Positions 59,833 to 64,000 of a DNA stretch of 64,000 bases are shown here, in pieces (position 1 is the stretch's first letter; every line of letters starts with the position of its first letter). The notes under the pieces are model-generated. The model was not told the DNA's origin, did not search any database, and worked only from the letters and a program-made list of their open reading frames with translations. Origin of the DNA: Zancudomyces culisetae HAW-14-8 (lineage: Eukaryota; Fungi; Kickxellomycota). The translations under genes and the position numbers were made by a program. The stretch is from positions 4,216,001 to 4,280,000 of the forward strand of contig JBNJNM010000011.1 of assembly GCA_052426225.1 (NCBI GenBank), in the 5' to 3' direction.

Positions 59833-60313
59833 TTTTTTTAAAATTATGTTCTTATAACTTAATACCTATTTCGCTTTGCAGTATCTTGGCCTTCAAGTTA
59901 AACTCTTTTTGTTTTATTACACCAATAGCTACATATATCATGTCTATAATTACTTATTGATACCGAACAACCTGTTTCTCTACAAATTTTATGACATGAA
60001 AAACGCTTTTTTCTAAATATGATGTACTGAATACATCAATACCACAATTTGTGACTTTATTACAAATATAACCGTGTTAGCTCCCCTCTTGATAATATTA
60101 CAGTCTTTATCTTTTTTATGTTGCTCGTAGTAAAATATACAAGTATTTCCTTTTTCTTTCCCTTTGAGCTATTGTCCCCTTTTCCAATCCTTCCTTTTGA
60201 AATTATGTTATAAGCTATTATACCCTTATTTTTAAATTTAACGTTGATATTCTATATCTAATTCATTTCCATTTAATAAAATGATATAATGAGTAAATAT
60301 AAGGTTAAACCCC

Positions 60314-60378
60314 CAAAAAGCAAAAAGCAAAAAGCAAAAAATAAAAAACGAAAAACGAAAAACGAAAAAAAACAAAAA
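60314..60378. repeat. A-rich short tandem repeats (AAAAAGC)n / (GAAAAAC)n
   Basis: Directly visible 7-mer units. Confidence 0.7.
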
Positions 60379-62237
60379 CTCAACACTTAGGGGAAACCTC
60401 CCCACTAAATGCTAGTTTTTATGGATTTATGTGCACATAAAAAACTACACTAAGCGTGCAAAATGTATCCCCAATGCTTTAACCCTTCCAACTCTGCAAA
60501 AAAATTGAAAAGCGAGAAGGCATTTGAGTAAAAATAGTGAAGAAATAGCGGAATAGGAGTAATGCTGTTGTATTAAAGAGCAAAGTCCAGTTTTAAAGAA
60601 CTATACGGGCGAGCAGTTTTTTGAGAACTCTTCCATTTGATTCGTAAAGTGCTTTGGAATCCAAAAGCTAGATTTACCATTTGAATGATGCATTGATATT
60701 TAATAAATTTTATATGTACCAAAATGCATTTCTGCTTTAATTGAAGCTCTGGATTTAATTTAATATACACTGCGGAAGTGCTGAATGCAGAGCAAAAATT
60801 TTATTTCGACACTGCAGCTCCACAAATTTAAATTAAGCATGCGACTTCGCAAATCGCTTAGCAAATAGAGAGCTGGAATAAAACACTAGGTCGCTTTCAA
60901 AAAGGCTTCTATTTTTTTTGCCTTTTTTCTTTTTTTAGACCCCTTCTTCTTACCCGAGTCTAATGTCGCTGGTTAGTGATTTGCAGCCAAGTATCCAGCT
61001 GAGCCCAATTCGGAGAGAAGAGGGAGAGGATATGACAACTATTTTACAGAAAAAAATAGTGGAGTTGACATATTATAGATCTTGAGGATCTTTTACAAAA
61101 AAGAAAAAACAAAGTGTTGACTTAGCTTAACTCTTCATGAATGCTTCGTTTTTTTTGTTCTCGGTAATGATGAAACGTTGTTAAGAGCATGAGATCCCTG
61201 AACCTATCCTTGAAAAAGCTGGAAATAAAATTTTATGTGTATATTAATTTTACTACTTGATGAGGCAAGCAAAAAGTATAATTAGTCTAGCTGTTCTGCG
61301 CTTTATACTAACTTATTGAAATAGAAACGAGTGGGTGCATCCCTGGCGAGAATTTTTTAAAGCATGTTTAATTTTTTATCATCACAATTATGCGAATATC
61401 GTATATGTTTAGGTGTACAAAGCTCCTCGCTTTCTTCCACCCAAAAAAAGTTGGTATTTTTTTTTGGGCTTCTCGCTGTTAGAAGATACACACTGCGTAC
61501 CATATATACATCCACAAATACCAAGCAATCTAGTGGAGCTATTTGCTATTTATACGTCAAATTTTCTTATTTACTCCCTGCTTTTCCCCTTTTTGATCAC
61601 TCAACAAGGCTTGTGTCCGTTGAGACGCTGTAGCAAAAAAGGGGGAGATACTACAAAGAACCAGTATTCGGAATTGGGTTGGAAATCGTGTGCATTGTGC
61701 TGCAATACCTAAATGAATTTAATGAGGTAGAAGAATTTTATTTTCATGTGGGTCTAGCTATAGGATTTATGTTATCCTTATTCTTGATTGTTAGTTTGTT
61801 TTTTCTTTGCCTAATATTTATAGTTTATTACCTTTATTAGCGGTAAAATCTGAAAATCACGATTGTGTGCGTTAATTAAATATCTTATTGAAATGATTGA
61901 GAAATCGTTCAAATGAAGAATTTGGTTTGAAAAGATGCAAATCAATCCCATATAAAAGCTGCAGAATGATTGTTTATAATGGTATTGATATTCACACATA
62001 ACATATTATTGTTGTACTCAAAAAAAAACAAGTACAAAACATGACAAGGCCAAAAGCTTTAACAATCGCATACATTTATTTTATCACTGAATTTTAAGAA
62101 TGATATCTTGTTTTTGTATAAAACTTACAGTAGCGTCCTCTTTTTACAGCATCATTAGATGGAGGAAATATCTATAGTCTTTGTTTCATGACATTTTTGG
62201 CCTTCCTAGAGTAAAAAAAATATATACGCAAGAACTC

Positions 62238-63755
62238 ATGTTGAATTATAGAATACTAGGTACCATAATGGTACTTCTGGCCACCTTGGTAACAGGTGAT
62301 GAATATGGGCCAGATAAGACACAATCTAAAGTCGAGGTAAAGAGTGTTCACAATAATGCAGGATCTCATATATCCAAAAATATTGAAGATTCAAAGTACA
62401 ACCCTTTAAAAGGGAAGAACTGTATGGAAATACTGGCAGGGAACAATGGGGGTAAGGGCTATTCTAACAAGAACAGAAAGTATATTTGTAAAGAAAAAAG
62501 CGACAAAAGAATGAAATCACAGAATTATAAATGCTATACACTTCTAACCAACAGCTATACAGACCTTACATGTCCAGACCTTTCAACTTGTATTGTTGAT
62601 AGAAATTATTTGGTTTGTAACCCCGTAAAATCAAGCCAAAAAAGGGATGATACCTATTTGAACCAATACAATGGAGTATATCCAGCCTACAGTAAAAGAT
62701 TCACCAAAGACCTTAAACTAAATAATACAGACTTATTAAATGATTATGGTTGGCTTGATGTATGGGGTAACAGTACTAATTCTAGAAAGCAATATACCAA
62801 AGAACTTATAAACCAGGATATGAAAGATTTTAGCAACTACACCAACGATTATGTGGACCTTAGTCAAAAAAATAGAGCGATAGAGGTTGGGAATATTCCG
62901 CCTGATCTAGATATACAAGGGTACGTCAGTACAGTCACGGTAAAAGAGACAGTAACTATTGAAGAGAACTGTAGTGATTCTGATGTATATCCGGACGAAA
63001 CAACTGTTGTGATAGAATCCGATTGCGATGATTCTGGGGTATACCCGAACGAAACAACCGTTGTGATAGAATCCGACTGCGATGATTCTGGGGTATACCC
63101 GAACGAAACAACTGTTGTGATAGAATCCGATTGCGATAATTCTGGGGTATACCCAACCGAGACAACTGTTGTCTTGGAAACAGATTGCGATGATTCTGAT
63201 GTATATCCAACCGAGACAACTGTTGTGATAGAAACAGACTGCGATGACTCTGGAGTATACCCAACCGAGACAACTGTTGTCTTGGAAACAGATTGTGATG
63301 ATTCTGGTGTATACCCAACCGAGACAACAATCACCGTAGAAACAAATTGTAGTGACTCTGAAATATATCCAACTGGAACTACAGTTGTGATAGAAACAGA
63401 TTGTGATTTTCTACAATTAAATTCAAACGTAGAAACCAAAACGGTAGAGATCAATTGCTATAATCAAAATGGAAACCTTATGGTAGACACAGGTGTTTTT
63501 GAGGGGTATGTTTATAGGGCGGTTAGCTATGCAGATATGCAAAGAAATTTCACTGGAGGAATAGAGGGTGGTGGTTCATTATTAGCCCCCCTTAGGGACA
63601 ACACTGTGGATATCACTACAAATATGAAGAATGACTCTGGAAATGTGGTCTCTTCAAATGGTGGTAATACGACTGAATCTGAAAACGCCTCGTCCAAAAG
63701 GTACAGAGAGGTCAAGTTGGTATTAGCACCAATAAGCTTTCATAGCGCCGAATGA
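62238..63755 (+). CDS. Secreted/cell-surface protein with a Cys-rich N-terminal module and acidic 18-aa tandem repeats
   Basis: The first ATG at 62238 gives the signal-peptide-like MLNYRILGTIMVLLATLVTG-D. It is followed by a six-Cys region ending TCPDLSTCIVDRNYLVCNP, several KR sites and the repeat block. Confidence 0.8.
   Translation: MLNYRILGTIMVLLATLVTGDEYGPDKTQSKVEVKSVHNNAGSHISKNIEDSKYNPLKGKNCMEILAGNNGGKGYSNKNRKYICKEKSDKRMKSQNYKCYTLLTNSYTDLTCPDLSTCIVDRNYLVCNPVKSSQKRDDTYLNQYNGVYPAYSKRFTKDLKLNNTDLLNDYGWLDVWGNSTNSRKQYTKELINQDMKDFSNYTNDYVDLSQKNRAIEVGNIPPDLDIQGYVSTVTVKETVTIEENCSDSDVYPDETTVVIESDCDDSGVYPNETTVVIESDCDDSGVYPNETTVVIESDCDNSGVYPTETTVVLETDCDDSDVYPTETTVVIETDCDDSGVYPTETTVVLETDCDDSGVYPTETTITVETNCSDSEIYPTGTTVVIETDCDFLQLNSNVETKTVEINCYNQNGNLMVDTGVFEGYVYRAVSYADMQRNFTGGIEGGGSLLAPLRDNTVDITTNMKNDSGNVVSSNGGNTTESENASSKRYREVKLVLAPISFHSAE
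62970..63401 (+). repeat. Coding minisatellite, 8 x 54 bp, consensus CDDSGVYP(T/N)ETTVV(I/L)E(S/T)D
   Basis: Eight consecutive units can be counted in both DNA and protein. Confidence 0.95.
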
Positions 63756-64000
63756 GTAGTACAGCCTAAACGCCGATTCAACCTAAACATGAAAAGTAAA
63801 GTAACTTTAACCAACAAGCGGAATTCGCATATTTTCCTTTAGTCTTTTTTTATTTTGTACTTGTAAATGATTGATTTTTTTTTAAAAATAAACAAAATGA
63901 GCATATTGCCATATATACTGTGTTTTGCAAATTAAATTAGACAAAGCCTTTTTGAAGAATAGGCTTGATAGGGCGTGAATGTACATAAGATAGACAGGCA

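Noticed and set aside
62970-63401. Regular repeat array as a possible CRISPR
   Set aside because: These are contiguous in-frame 54-bp coding repeats with no unique spacers, in a eukaryotic locus with no cas genes.

Overview
Eukaryotic, AT-rich fungal genomic DNA with short GT-AG spliceosomal introns. The gene content (MTA1/AMT1 6mA methyltransferase, CLEC16A, WDR83 and a NELF-A-like tail next to fungal JSN1/PUF2, MRN1 and URA4) points to an early-diverging fungus, plausibly Zoopagomycota such as Harpellales (inference). About 17 protein-coding genes are supported: NELF-A-like (3' part), F-box/ankyrin, eIF5, a possible divergent HMG-box protein, MTA1/AMT1, BMT2, WDR83, CLEC16A, ADE6, CDC73, a giant arrestin-domain protein, JSN1/PUF2, URA4, MRN1, eIF1, an unknown protein and a secreted tandem-repeat protein. 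There is also a gag relic. Highlights: (1) a NELF-A C-terminal domain in a fungus; (2) a box C/D snoRNA (snR63/SNORD46 type, helix-69 guide) in the eIF1 intron; (3) cis-signals of the eIF1/eIF5 start-codon stringency circuit, namely four poor-context uORFs on eIF5 (two with identical GAGTTCATG) and a poor-context eIF1 AUG; (4) a marked sawtooth G/C strand skew that flips inside genes; (5) the DNA 6mA writer head-to-head with an rRNA m1A writer. All family assignments come from recalled motifs, not database searches.
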